Origin: an uncultured Planctomycetota bacterium | GTDB taxonomy: Bacteria; Planctomycetota; Planctomycetia; Isosphaerales; Isosphaeraceae | Assembly: GCA_963737655.1 (NCBI GenBank) | Contig: CAVTTN010000002.1 | Location: 2,368,001-2,432,000 of the forward strand | Direction: 5' to 3' | DNA length: 64,000 nucleotides | Notes under the pieces: model-generated | What the model saw: only the letters and a program-made list of their open reading frames with translations | What the model was told of the DNA's origin: nothing | The model's database searches: none | Position numbers and translations under genes: made by a program | Shown here: positions 1-9,899 of the stretch, piece by piece | Numbering within the stretch: position 1 is the first letter of the stretch | Layout: every line of letters starts with the position of its first letter

Positions 1-531
1 GCCGAAGGGCAGGGGGGCGTCGGAGGGGTTCGAAACGGTCGCCTCCAGAGTCAACGACCGCCCCGAGAGCGTGTACCGGACCTCCAAAACCCCGTTCGCC
101 GGCCATCGGGCGAGCGAATCCGGCGCATTCTTCGCGATCTCGAACCGGCCGAGGACGCTCGCGCCGGACGGCCCTCCGCCGTGTTCGATCACGTCCCAGG
201 CGGCATCGAGCGCGAACCCGTGGATGGCGTGAGGGGGCTTGTTCGGCACGAGTTCATACGTCCTGCCCTCGAAGTCGAACCGGGCGTCGCGGATGCGGTT
301 CGGGAACGGGAAGAGGAGCGGGAACCCGCTCCGGGCCGGCTTGCTCGGCGACTCGGCGAACGTCGGGTCGGCCGCGACGACCGGCCGGACCTCGCCCGAG
401 ATCGGCAATTGGAGGTCGAAGAGGTTGAACCCATAGCCTGGCAGGATCGCCGCCGACGCCCCCGAGTCGTCATCGATCAGGCGGAGGACCCGGTGGTTGC
501 CGAGGGTCTCGATCGTCGTCCGGCTGGCCAT
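1..531 (-). CDS. Aldose 1-epimerase family protein (3' end outside window)
   Basis: Not in the ORF track. Manual translation from ATG 531 (AAGGAG SD upstream) gives MASRTTIETLGNHRVLRLIDDDSGASAAILPGYGFNLF...GFPLLFPFPNRIRDARFDFEGRTYEL...HAIHGF...WP...LEVRYTL, with the PxxNRI and HG motifs of GalM-like proteins. Confidence 0.85.
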   Translation of the reverse strand, partial: MASRTTIETLGNHRVLRLIDDDSGASAAILPGYGFNLFDLQLPISGEVRPVVAADPTFAESPSKPARSGFPLLFPFPNRIRDARFDFEGRTYELVPNKPPHAIHGFALDAAWDVIEHGGGPSGASVLGRFEIAKNAPDSLARWPANGVLEVRYTLSGRSLTLEATVSNPSDAPLPFG

Positions 532-733
532 GTCGTTGCTCCTTGACCCTTCGGCGAGATCGATCCCGAACCGTGAGGACCGCCAGCCCGAGCGCCACGA
601 CCGCGCCGAAGAGGGGCCAGGCGAACGGGGACGGACGCGCACGAAACGAAACGTCGTGAACGAAAAGATCCGGCCTCAGCGTCAGGATGGCCCAGCGGGC
701 CGCCCCGAAGAGGAGGCCGAACCCGATGATCAT
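470..733 (-). CDS. Possible small two-helix membrane protein
   Basis: Two hydrophobic segments and co-oriented between rbsD and the epimerase. The 3' end overlaps the epimerase start by about 60 nt, so the boundaries are doubtful. Confidence 0.3.
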   Translation of the reverse strand: MIIGFGLLFGAARWAILTLRPDLFVHDVSFRARPSPFAWPLFGAVVALGLAVLTVRDRSRRRVKEQRHGQPDDDRDPRQPPGPPPDR

Positions 734-784
734 CCTCAGGATCGTTCGGATTCGGACTTTCGTGGCGCTTCGCCTCCCGGCCGG

Positions 785-1180
785 TCAGAACGCCGAGCCG
801 CAGGTGATCCTCACGTTGGCATACGGGGTGAACTCGGCCGATCGGATGATGCCCTTGACGCCCTCGGACTGCTCGCGGAACTCGTGGTGGGGGACCTCGT
901 CCACGTCCACATCGCCGACGATCCTCAGCACTTCCTGGTACAGCTTGGTACTGTATTCGGACATCTCCGAGGCCACGGTGATGGACTCGATGACCAGCTC
1001 CTCGGCCACGGCGCGGAGGACGTCGAGGAACCGGGGGATTCCGGGGATCAGGGTCAGGTCGATCACGTGGCCGTCGGGCGGGAGCGGGTAGCCGGCATCG
1101 ACGATCAGGAGCTCGTCTTGCTGGCCGAGCTCGGCCAGCAGGGAGCAGATCGCCGGGTTGAGAATTCCACCTTTTTTCAT
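785..1180 (-). CDS. rbsD: D-ribose pyranase (RbsD/FucU family)
   Basis: MKKGGILN...LGQQDELLIVDAGYPLP...IDL...GIPRFLDVL...HHEF...IRSAEFTPYANV aligns with RbsD. The true start is ATG 1180. Confidence 0.9.
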   Translation of the reverse strand: MKKGGILNPAICSLLAELGQQDELLIVDAGYPLPPDGHVIDLTLIPGIPRFLDVLRAVAEELVIESITVASEMSEYSTKLYQEVLRIVGDVDVDEVPHHEFREQSEGVKGIIRSAEFTPYANVRITCGSAF

Positions 1181-1362
1181 GACACCCTCTCTCGCCGGGA
1201 CTCGCTCGCGGGTTCCGGGCCCGGGGCCTGGGCGCGACGTCCCGAGGCCCCGATGCGGGCCGGTCGGCCCTCTCGGACCCGGATCGACCCAGTATACCGC
1301 CGAAGGCCCCGAGGCTCTATCCCCGGACGGACCGACGGGCGATCGTCGGGGCTCGGCGGGTG

Positions 1363-1437
1363 TCGCTCTGGAACCTGGAGTTCTTGGGTGCCCCCGGTTC
1401 AAGAACCGGGGGCACGCTCGTGGGAAGATCCAGGTTC
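1363..1437. repeat. Nested palindromic intergenic element (family A, copy 1)
   Basis: Perfect 13-bp arms GTGCCCCCGGTTC-aa-GAACCGGGGGCAC (1388-1415) inside outer arms GAACCTGGA/TCCAGGTTC. A related copy lies at 10588-10660. Confidence 0.75.
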
Positions 1438-1566
1438 GAGAGCGACATCCGGGCGCGGATTGGCGGGTGGTTCCGCGATCGGACCGGCCCGGGTTATGCT
1501 GGGGAGGGCCGTCCGGGCGGGACCGGCGGGCCCGCCGAGTCCGGCATTCCCCGCGATGAGGCTTCG

Positions 1567-3723
1567 ATGCGACCTTCCCCCCGGTTCCTCGCGATGGCGA
1601 TCCTGGCCCTCGCCCCCCCGGCCTGCGCGGGACCGATCCCCCCGGCGACGCCTCCCCAGGGGAACGCCCGGCCCCCGGCCAGCCTGTATGACCCGAGGCT
1701 CGACGAGCTCCGCCGCGCCTCGGTCTTCTGGGATTTCCACCTGGGACCGAAGCGCCGGGTGGTGGATCAGGTCTGCCTGGTCGCGGACCTCCCCTCGTTC
1801 CTCGAGGCCCTCTCGGCGTGGGACGGCGACCACATCTTCCCGATCCTCCTGGACGACGCGATCTACGCGCCGAAGTTCCTCCGGGCCTTTCGGCCGGCGA
1901 AGATCGTCAGGCTTCCCTACAAGCCGGGCCCGATCGAGCCCGGCAGGCTCTGGGCGGCGACGGTCAAGGCGGTCGAGAAGTCCTGGGCGGCCGAGCCGGT
2001 GGGCCCGCCCCTGGAGGCGATCCCCAGCCCCGTGATCGACGAGGATTTCGGGGCGGGAGGCCGGTTTCCGGCGTCTCGGAGGCCGGCGAGGGTGCCGGAA
2101 GAACTGGGCCGGACGCCTCCCGGGGTGGTCCTCTCCTCGCCGGACGCCCCGGGCCTGGCCGCCGCCGCCGCCCTGGCCGCCGGCCACATCCAGCCCCTGG
2201 TCCGGCTCGATCCGCCCGGGAAGGCCGGGGTGATGAGCCAGGAAGAGGCCCTGGCCTTCGGCCTGAGTATCGAGACGGCGGTGTCCTCGGTCGCCCCGCG
2301 TTACGCCGGGCTGGCCGACTCCTGCGACTTCCTCACCGTGGTCGGCCCCTATCCCGACCGCTACACCATCGCCGCCGGGAGCAAGGCCGGGCCCGCCGCC
2401 CTGGACGACCTGATCGGCCGGGACCGCGACACCGGCCGCCGATGGGCCTATACCGGGCGGATCGTCGGCGACCCGGTCGCCAGCGTCTATCGCGCGATGT
2501 GCTCGCTGTTCCTCCAGCCGGATTCGGCTTTGCTCTTCGACGGCTACGACCCGAAAGACCCGGGCTTCGCCCACCACCTGATGAAGAACGTCCCGGAACG
2601 CATGCCGAAGCGGCTGGCGGTCACGGCCGTGCCCCATCCGACCTCGGACCTCGACGCCTGGCACCGGGCGCTCGACCCCCTGAACCGCTTCGGCCTGGTT
2701 TACGTCAACACCAGCGGGCCGCCCTCGACGTTCAACCTGCCCGGAGGCCGCCCCGCGACGGCCGCCGACGTCCCCGAGAGCGTCCCGACCATCGTCCTGA
2801 TGAATCACAGCTTCTCCGCCGCCTCGCCCGGAGACCCCCGGACGCTCGCCGGCCGGTGGCTGGAGAACGGCGCGTTCTATTTCTTCGGGTCGATGAACGA
2901 GCCGTACATCGTCGGGTTCCGGCCGCCGTCCCTGGTGGCGTCGATCCTGTTCGAGGGCTTGCCGGTGTCGGCGGCGGTGCGGATCACGCCCGACGAGAGC
3001 CGGGAATTCGGCACTCCGTGGCGGCTCCACCTGCTGGGCGACCCTCTGTATCGGATCTCTCCCGAGGCGGGGGCCGACCGCCGGCTCGCGTCGTCGCCCG
3101 TCACGCCTCACTGGCCGCCCTACGTCGAGGACGGGCCGAGGGCGGCCCCGGCCCGGGGCTCGAACCCGGCGGCGAAGGTCGCCTGGGCCTTGAAGGCCAC
3201 CCTGATCGACGCCTCGAAGGGGGACCGCCCGCCCGATCCGGTCGTCGTCGAGACGATCCTGGCCGTCCGCCGAGAGGAGCTCCCGCCGGGGTTCCGCGCG
3301 GCCCTGGACGGGATGCGGATCGACCTGGTTCCCCGGGTCCGCTCCGCCCGCGCCGAGGCCCTCGGCCTGCTCGTCGCCATCCCTCCCGCCGAGCGGTCGC
3401 AGGCCGTGAGCCTGGCGATCGAGACGTTCCGGGTGGGAGACCTCCAGGCGGCCCTCCTCCGCAAGGACTGGCCCGGGGCCTGCTCGTCGTGGGACGCCCT
3501 GATCCGCTCCGACTCGCCCCGGGACGTGAAATCCGAAGTCACCGCCCGGACGGCCCGGCTCGCCGAGGCGCTCGGGTCGCTCCGGCCGTGGAAGGACCGG
3601 CTCGACAGGGCGAGGCGGGAGCTCGCCGGCTCGCCCGACGCCGAGATCCTCCGCGCCGAGATCGCCCGGGTCGAGAAGGCGATCGAGGACGCGGGAGGAG
3701 GCCCCTCGGTCCGTCGCCGATGA
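1567..3723 (+). CDS. Secreted hypothetical protein; central region resembles TIGR03790/C25-like fold
   Basis: Signal-peptide-like N-terminus MRPSPRFLAMAILALAPPACA and typical GC3 codon bias. Contains the motif GAFYFFGSMNEPY...F...LLGDPLY. Confidence 0.7.
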   Translation: MRPSPRFLAMAILALAPPACAGPIPPATPPQGNARPPASLYDPRLDELRRASVFWDFHLGPKRRVVDQVCLVADLPSFLEALSAWDGDHIFPILLDDAIYAPKFLRAFRPAKIVRLPYKPGPIEPGRLWAATVKAVEKSWAAEPVGPPLEAIPSPVIDEDFGAGGRFPASRRPARVPEELGRTPPGVVLSSPDAPGLAAAAALAAGHIQPLVRLDPPGKAGVMSQEEALAFGLSIETAVSSVAPRYAGLADSCDFLTVVGPYPDRYTIAAGSKAGPAALDDLIGRDRDTGRRWAYTGRIVGDPVASVYRAMCSLFLQPDSALLFDGYDPKDPGFAHHLMKNVPERMPKRLAVTAVPHPTSDLDAWHRALDPLNRFGLVYVNTSGPPSTFNLPGGRPATAADVPESVPTIVLMNHSFSAASPGDPRTLAGRWLENGAFYFFGSMNEPYIVGFRPPSLVASILFEGLPVSAAVRITPDESREFGTPWRLHLLGDPLYRISPEAGADRRLASSPVTPHWPPYVEDGPRAAPARGSNPAAKVAWALKATLIDASKGDRPPDPVVVETILAVRREELPPGFRAALDGMRIDLVPRVRSARAEALGLLVAIPPAERSQAVSLAIETFRVGDLQAALLRKDWPGACSSWDALIRSDSPRDVKSEVTARTARLAEALGSLRPWKDRLDRARRELAGSPDAEILRAEIARVEKAIEDAGGGPSVRRR

Positions 3724-3730
3724 GCCTCAC

Positions 3731-4694
3731 TCAGCCCCCGGCGACGAGCTGCCGGGCCGCCGGGGCCCGCAGGGCCTGGAGGAACCCGTCGGCGATCAGC
3801 CGGTTCATCCCCTCGGAGTAGAGCAACGGGCGGAAGAAGCCGGGATAGTGCTTGCAGACGAGGTCGCCGTCCAGGCCCGGATGGATGCTCACCCGATAGG
3901 TCGGCGGCAGGAGCGCCACCCCGTCGATCGCCGAGCACATCGCGTGGAGCGTCTGCTCGGTCACCCAGCGGTTGCCGAAGAGGGTCGGGTGGTGGAGCCA
4001 GCCATCGATCGCCTCGAAGTCGATCGTCGTCCGGCGGATCAGGGCCAGCCCGCTGTTGATCCGAGGCGGAGGGCGGACGCCGAAGGCGGCCTCCAGCTCC
4101 TCGGGCGTCATGCTGTAGGCGTCGATCGAGTCGAGGTTGTACAGGTTCGGGCTGGTCGTCGGCGAGAAATCCACGAGCTCGTCGGGCCGTCGGAAGAAGA
4201 CGATGTCCGAGTCGATCGTGAGGATGTGATCGGCCGAGGACAGGGCGTAGAAATCGAACAGCTTGAGGGTCGTCGGGTTGAGGAGGCGGTACTCCAGGCA
4301 CTTCGCCAGCCCCCTCCTCGCGAGCCTCGGCCTCGGTCCGCGACCCGGTTTCCTCCCGGGTCAGGATCGTGGCGTCGGGGAAGTGGTGCTGGAGCTTCTC
4401 GGCCTGGCCCGGCGCGAGCCCGCCGTCGTGGATGAACAGCGGGTAATCGACCCCCGAGAAGTGGTAGAAGCTCTTCAACGCCCAGATCAGGTTGACCCAG
4501 TCGCGCCTCCAGGTCAGGACGCGGATCTCGGTCGGCCCGGATCGCGAGGTGCGCATCGGAGGGGTCGGCAGGATCTGCTTCTGGACGGCCCACCGGCGAT
4601 GCGCGGCCCTCCAGCCCTCGCGGTTCCATTCCTGGAACGTCATCCAGTGCCGACGGCTCCTCAGCCAGTTCCGGACCCTCGCCCGAAGCGCCAT
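3731..4694 (-). CDS. GT-A fold glycosyltransferase-like protein (frameshift ~4326)
   Basis: N-terminal half (ALKSFYHF...IHDGGL) is in ORF 3120..4694. C-terminal half (KLFDF...TIDSDIVFF...INSGL...TEQTL) is in the frame of 3731..4174. Has a DxD motif; one extra G joins the halves. Confidence 0.7.
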
Positions 4695-4851
4695 CGACTT
4701 ACCTCCGCGCAGCCTCTCCGAACGACCGCCGGGCTGCGGGCCCGGGAAACGGCCGCTTCCGAGGATACCGAAAGAGGCCCCGGCATCGCCACCGACGTTG
4801 CCGGGAATCGCCGAGATGCCGGAGAGACGCGGCCGGGGGCCGGGCCGGTCC

Positions 4852-5624
4852 TCAGTGGGACGGCGCCTCGACGGCCGGGGCGTCCTCGGACGAGACGTCC
4901 CCGGTCAGCAACGCCCGCTTGACCTCCTGGATCGCCTGGGTGACCTTGATGTCCCGGGGGCAGGCGCTGGTGCAGTTGAAGACGGTCCGGCACCGCCAGA
5001 CGCCCTCGGCGTCGTTGAGGATCTCCAGGCGCTCGGCCGCCGCCCGGTCCCTCGAATCGAAGATGAACCGATGGGCGTTGACGATCGCCGCCGGCCCCAC
5101 GTACTTCCGGTCCCCCCAGAACGGCGGGCACGCCGTGGTGCAGCAGGCGCACAGGATGCACTTGGTCGTGTCGTCGAACCGCGCCCGGTCGGCCGGCGAC
5201 TGGAGCCTCTCGGTCGTCGGCGCCGGGTCGTCGTTGACGAGGAACGGCATGACCGACTTGTAATGGTCGAAGAACGGCTTCATGTCGACGATCAAATCCT
5301 TGATCACCGGCAGGCCGAGGATCGGCTCCAGGGTCAGGGTGTCGGACTTCAGGCTCTTGACCAGGACCTTGCACGCCAGGGCGTTCACCCCGTTGATCCT
5401 CATGGCGTCGGAGCCGCAGACGCCGTGGCGCAGGAGCGCCGCAGCGCCAGCGACTCGTCATGATACCACTTGACCTTCTGGACGACGTCCAGGACGCGGT
5501 CCAGGGGGTCGGCCTCGACGTCATACTGCTCCCACCTCGGGGCGTCGTCCGCCTCGGGGTTGTAGCGCTTGACCTTGACGGTCAGCTTGCGGACGTGGGA
5601 TTCGGTGGTTGCGGCAGTGGCCAT
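4852..5624 (-). CDS. sdhB: Succinate dehydrogenase iron-sulfur subunit (frameshift ~5427)
   Basis: RRSC(AH)GVCGSDAMRING, CILCACCTTACP and CRTVFNCTSACP Cys clusters. One missing C splits ORFs 5400..5624 and 4852..5403. Confidence 0.95.
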
Positions 5625-5664
5625 GATAGGTCGCGGACCCCGAAAGGGCGATCGGGCGGGAAAA

Positions 5665-5937
5665 TCAACGCGTTCTCTCGGACCATTCGGCGGGCGTGTC
5701 GGTGTAGACGAACTCGACGCGGGACTGATCGTCGGGGCTCATCGCGTCGAGCAGGTGGCCCCAGACTCGGGCCTGCCTCTGCCCCTCGTATTGCCCCTCG
5801 AAGCTCCGGGAGATGACCCGGCCGAAGTACTTGTAACCGCCGAAGTCGGCGGGGTAGACCCGGATCTCGGGCGCGTCGAGGCCCAGGCCCCGGAGGCTCT
5901 CCCGGAATCGCGTCTCGAACGGGTCGTTCGATGTCAT
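5665..5937 (-). CDS. BolA/IbaG-like small protein
   Basis: VISRSFEG...RQARVWGHL and C-terminal TPAEW resemble BolA/IbaG motifs. ATGA overlap with the upstream HEPN gene. Confidence 0.6.
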   Translation of the reverse strand: MTSNDPFETRFRESLRGLGLDAPEIRVYPADFGGYKYFGRVISRSFEGQYEGQRQARVWGHLLDAMSPDDQSRVEFVYTDTPAEWSERTR

Positions 5938-6560
5938 CGGGCACCTCCTTCCGGGCCTGGCGGCCCGCCGGAGACTTGCGAGATCAGGGACTCGCCAAAT
6001 TGCTTCGCGGCCGAGAACCAGTCGAGAACGGTCTGCGAATCGATGGGTCGAAGGCCATCGTCGGTCGCGGGAGCCTCGTCACGGTCGGCGCGATGAGCGA
6101 TCAAGTGCCGTCTCTGGATCATCGACGCGAGCTGCCCCCTGAGTTCATGGTCCGCGATCTCGTCCATGCGAACCCCCATCTTATCCAGGAGCGTCGCGAC
6201 CTGGCCTACGTTATTGTACGTCGCTCCTTCAAGGGAGGCGGCGACCGACTTATTAATGAAGTCGGCTATGGAAAGATCGCTATGGTCGCGGAGGACGGCG
6301 AGCGTGAATTTGGATCGCTCGGGAGTGAACGGATCGATCCCGGCCAGGACGTCTCGCCTGGCGTTCGGCAGTTTCAGCCCCGCCAGGCTCCTCAGGAGGT
6401 GTTCGAGGGTCGAGTGGAGAAGTACTACCGATAGCCGGAGGAGATCAGCCGCTAACACCCGAGCGTGCTCGCCCGGCACGACCCCGACCGGCAGGCTCAG
6501 GAGGATGAGGTTCCGGACGCGGTCCAGGTTCGACCGAAAGTGGGTCGCGACAGGTTCCAT
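5934..6560 (-). CDS. HEPN-domain protein (putative RNase)
   Basis: N-terminal helix DLLRLSVVLLHSTLEHLLR and C-terminal RRHLIAH (RxxxxH). ATG overlaps the sdhA stop (TGATG). Visibly more AT-rich than its neighbours. Confidence 0.75.
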   Translation of the reverse strand: MEPVATHFRSNLDRVRNLILLSLPVGVVPGEHARVLAADLLRLSVVLLHSTLEHLLRSLAGLKLPNARRDVLAGIDPFTPERSKFTLAVLRDHSDLSIADFINKSVAASLEGATYNNVGQVATLLDKMGVRMDEIADHELRGQLASMIQRRHLIAHRADRDEAPATDDGLRPIDSQTVLDWFSAAKQFGESLISQVSGGPPGPEGGAR

Positions 6561-8407
6561 CAATACTTCCGGATCTCCAGCGGATACTTCGTCGTGACCT
6601 CCCCGTTTTTCTCCACGGTGATCACGTCCACGTCTTTATACTCGACGCGGGTCCCGCCTTCGCCTTCCTTGTAGACCAGCGAGTGCTTGAAGAAGTCGCG
6701 GTCGTTGCGGTCGGGGAAGTCTTCTCGCGAGTGGGCGCCTCGGGACTCCTTCCTCGCCAGGGCCGAGGCCACCGTCGCCTCGGCGACGTCGAGCAGGCAG
6801 CCGAGCTCGAGGACTTCCAGGAGGCCCGTGTTGAACACGCTCCCCTTGTCCTGGACGCCCACCGTCTGGTACTGCCTCTTGAGCATGGCGATGTCGTCGC
6901 GGGCCCGGGTCAGGGTCTCCTCGGTCCGGTAGACCCCGCAGTCGTCCATCATGGTCCTCTGCATCTCGTCGCGGAGCTTGACCCAGGGGAAGCTCCGGGG
7001 GCGGGCGAGCAGCGCCTTGATCGCCGCCTCGGTCGGCGCCTCGGGCTTCGGCGGGATCGGCTCGAACGGCTTGTCGAGGGCGTATCTCGCCATGTCCCGG
7101 CCCGAGCGGCGGCCGTAGACGATCAGGTCCACCAGGCTGTTCGTCCCCAGCCGGTTCGCGCCGTGGACGCTCACGCAGGCCGATTCGCCGGCCGAGTACA
7201 GCCCGGGGACGATCGAATGGCTGGCGTCGCGGATCACCCGGCCGTGGACGTCCGTCGGGATGCCGCCCATCCCGTAGTGGGCCGTCGGCTGGATCGGCAT
7301 CGGCTCCTTGATCGGGTCCACGCCGAGGTACGTCCGGGCGAACTCGATGATGTCCGGCAGCCGTTTCTCGACCCAGAGGCTATCGACGGTCTGCCCGGTG
7401 GGGCTGGTGCCGTACTTGTTGATCGTCTCGGCGCGGATGTCCAGGTAGACGTAGTCCTTGCCGCCGATGCCCCGGCCGGCGCGGACTTCCTGGTAGATCG
7501 ACCGCGAGCAGACGTCCCGGGAGGCCAGGTCCTTGAGGTTCGGGGCGTAGCGCTCCATGAAGCGCTCGCCCTTGTCGTTGAACATGATCCCGCCGTCCCC
7601 CCGGCAGGCCTCGGAGAGCAAGATGCCCAGCCGATAGATGCCCGTGGGGTGGAACTGGTAGAACTCCAGGTCTTCCAGCGGCAATCCGTGGCGATAGGCG
7701 ATCGCCGGGCCGTCGCCCGTCAGGGCGTAGGCGTTGGAGCTGACCTTGAACATCCGGCCGAACCCGCCGGTGGCGATCAACACGCTCTTGGCGTGGAACA
7801 CGTGCAATTCGCCGGTGGCGATCTCGATCGCGACGACCCCCCGGCACTCCCCGTCGACCATGATCAGGTCGAGCATGTGGAATTCGTCGAAGAACGTGAC
7901 GCCCTGCTTGATGCACTGCTGATACAGCGTCTGCAAGATCATGTGGCCGGTGCGGTCGGCGGCGTGGCAGGCCCTCATCACCGGGATTCTGGGTCGGGCG
8001 TTGGGCGTGCCGGGCTTGGCCGAGGGGTCGTAATCGGGGTTGGGCTTGGTGTGGCCGCCGAACCGCCTCTGGGAGATCCGGCCGTCGGCCGTGCGGTCGA
8101 ACGGCAGGCCCATGTGCTCGAGGTCATAGATGCATTCGATGGCCTCTCGGCAGAGGATCTCCGCCGGGGTCTGATCGACGAGGAAGTCGCCGCCCTTGAT
8201 GGTGTCGTAGGCGTGGTTCTCCCACGAGTCGCTCTCCAGGTTGGACAGGGCGGCGGCGATCCCGCCCTGGGCGGCCCCGGTGTGCGACCTCGTCGGGTAC
8301 AGCTTGCTGACGACGGCGGTGCCGGCCTTCTTGCTGGCCTCCAGGGCCGCCATCAGCCCCGCCCCGCCCGAACCGACGATGATGCAATCGAAGCGATGAT
8401 AGTTCAT
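6560..8407 (-). CDS. sdhA: Succinate dehydrogenase flavoprotein subunit
   Basis: GSGGAG FAD motif, [41 protein letters not shown]. Start placed at ATG 8407; the ORF track extends to GTG 8425. Confidence 0.97.
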   Translation of the reverse strand: MNYHRFDCIIVGSGGAGLMAALEASKKAGTAVVSKLYPTRSHTGAAQGGIAAALSNLESDSWENHAYDTIKGGDFLVDQTPAEILCREAIECIYDLEHMGLPFDRTADGRISQRRFGGHTKPNPDYDPSAKPGTPNARPRIPVMRACHAADRTGHMILQTLYQQCIKQGVTFFDEFHMLDLIMVDGECRGVVAIEIATGELHVFHAKSVLIATGGFGRMFKVSSNAYALTGDGPAIAYRHGLPLEDLEFYQFHPTGIYRLGILLSEACRGDGGIMFNDKGERFMERYAPNLKDLASRDVCSRSIYQEVRAGRGIGGKDYVYLDIRAETINKYGTSPTGQTVDSLWVEKRLPDIIEFARTYLGVDPIKEPMPIQPTAHYGMGGIPTDVHGRVIRDASHSIVPGLYSAGESACVSVHGANRLGTNSLVDLIVYGRRSGRDMARYALDKPFEPIPPKPEAPTEAAIKALLARPRSFPWVKLRDEMQRTMMDDCGVYRTEETLTRARDDIAMLKRQYQTVGVQDKGSVFNTGLLEVLELGCLLDVAEATVASALARKESRGAHSREDFPDRNDRDFFKHSLVYKEGEGGTRVEYKDVDVITVEKNGEVTTKYPLEIRKY

Positions 8408-8469
8408 GTTGGGATTTTCACACACGCGGACGGCCCCGAGACGGGCGGACCCGGGGCGGACAGGTCACG

Positions 8470-9618
8470 TCACTTCCCGGGCGCCGGCAGGGGGTTCGCC
8501 CCGCGGACCGGCTGCGGCTTCGGCGGGGGGCCGGGGTTAGGCTCGGCCGGCGACTGGTTCTTCAACGGATGCTTGGCGATGTAGGCGTCGTCCTTCTGGA
8601 ACATGAAGATCGCGTACGACCCCACGCCCGTCAGGCCGATCATCCCGAGCCAGATCAGCGTCGAGGCGATCACCCGCCGGGACGGCCGGGCGATGTATTC
8701 GTAGAGGACCTGGCGGAGCCCGTTGAACCCGTGCCCCAGCGCCAGGACGATCAGCGAGAAGTCCCAGATCCGCCACAGGGCCCCGGTCCCGGGCGCCGCC
8801 CAGCGGCTGGCCACGAAGGCGTAGTTGATCGTCTCCACATTGTTCAAGATATGCATGATGAACAGGTGGCCGACCGCCAGGAAGATCAGGAGCAAGCCCG
8901 AGATCCGCATCAGGTACCAGGCGCGGAGCTCGAAGCCGGACGACGGCCGGACCCGCGTCCCGGCCGGCGGCACCAGCCCGATCACGCTGATCCAGACGAA
9001 CCCGACGCCGGCCATCGCCAGCATCAGGGCGACGGTCCTCGGCGCCCTCAAAGGCGATCCGGCGGGCCGATCGGCCTGCGCCACCGGGGCGGGCGGGGTC
9101 GCGGGCGCCTCGGCGGCGGCGTTCGGCCGGATGTCGGTCTGGATGTCCTGCATGTGACCGGGGGGCTGCGTCAACGGGTACAGCACGAACAGGGTCGTCG
9201 GCACCATGATCAGGACGAAGACCCACTGGACCCCTCGGAGGATCTCCTTGCGGTAGAGCGTCCCCCGGTTCCAGAAGTCGTACAAGATCACCCCGGTGCC
9301 GTTGACCGCGTGGAAGACCACCGAGGCGATCAACCCGAGCTCGGCCACGCGGAACCCCCAGCGGAGGGCGACGTAATATTTGCCGTCGAACCAGATCCCG
9401 CCGTAGAGCGCCACGGTGTGGTCGTACCACTCGGGCACGACGACGACGAAGAACGTGTCCAGGACGTGGAAGAACAGGAAGAAGAGGATGCCCAGGCCGG
9501 TCAGTCGATGGATCAACCACGACCACTGGCCGATGCCTCCCCCGTAGCGGAGGCCGTCGGCCAGGCGGGCGAAGAGGCCGGGGCGGTAGGCCCTCGGCGA
9601 GCGGGGCGAAGGTGCCAT
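8470..9618 (-). CDS. sdhC/sdhD: Fused succinate dehydrogenase cytochrome b556 (SdhC) and hydrophobic anchor (SdhD)
   Basis: SdhC motifs (WLIHRLTG, FHVLDT, FHAVNG) followed in frame by SdhD motifs (MRISG, GHL, HGFNGLR). Located at the head of the sdh operon. Confidence 0.85.
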   Translation of the reverse strand: MAPSPRSPRAYRPGLFARLADGLRYGGGIGQWSWLIHRLTGLGILFFLFFHVLDTFFVVVVPEWYDHTVALYGGIWFDGKYYVALRWGFRVAELGLIASVVFHAVNGTGVILYDFWNRGTLYRKEILRGVQWVFVLIMVPTTLFVLYPLTQPPGHMQDIQTDIRPNAAAEAPATPPAPVAQADRPAGSPLRAPRTVALMLAMAGVGFVWISVIGLVPPAGTRVRPSSGFELRAWYLMRISGLLLIFLAVGHLFIMHILNNVETINYAFVASRWAAPGTGALWRIWDFSLIVLALGHGFNGLRQVLYEYIARPSRRVIASTLIWLGMIGLTGVGSYAIFMFQKDDAYIAKHPLKNQSPAEPNPGPPPKPQPVRGANPLPAPGK

Positions 9619-9807
9619 GAAAGTCGGCGTCTCGTGGGCGGGTTCGGGGCGGGGCGGGACGTCGGCCGCATCCGCCCGACGGCGAATCGGCCCGTCCTCT
9701 CGGTCTGGAGGCCCCCGCGACACGTTTCTTGTAGAGCCGACGGGCGGGGGGGTCAAGGGGGCAGCGGCCCCGGTTCGCGAGATCGCCGGCCCGAGCGGCT
9801 CCCGCTT

Positions 9808-9898
9808 CGGGTGGCGTGCTCACGTCCTCGTGAGCATGTCTTCCCGGAGGCCGGGCGCAACCGAACCCATGCTCACGAGGACGTGAGCATGCCGCCCG
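9808..9898. repeat. REPIN-like doublet (GGGTGGC-tagged, family B)
   Basis: 31-nt inverted arms (2 mismatches), CGGGTGGCGTGCTCACGTCCTCGTGAGCATG / CATGCTCACGAGGACGTGAGCATGCCGCCCG. Each arm is itself a hairpin. Confidence 0.85.
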
Positions 9899-9899
9899 A

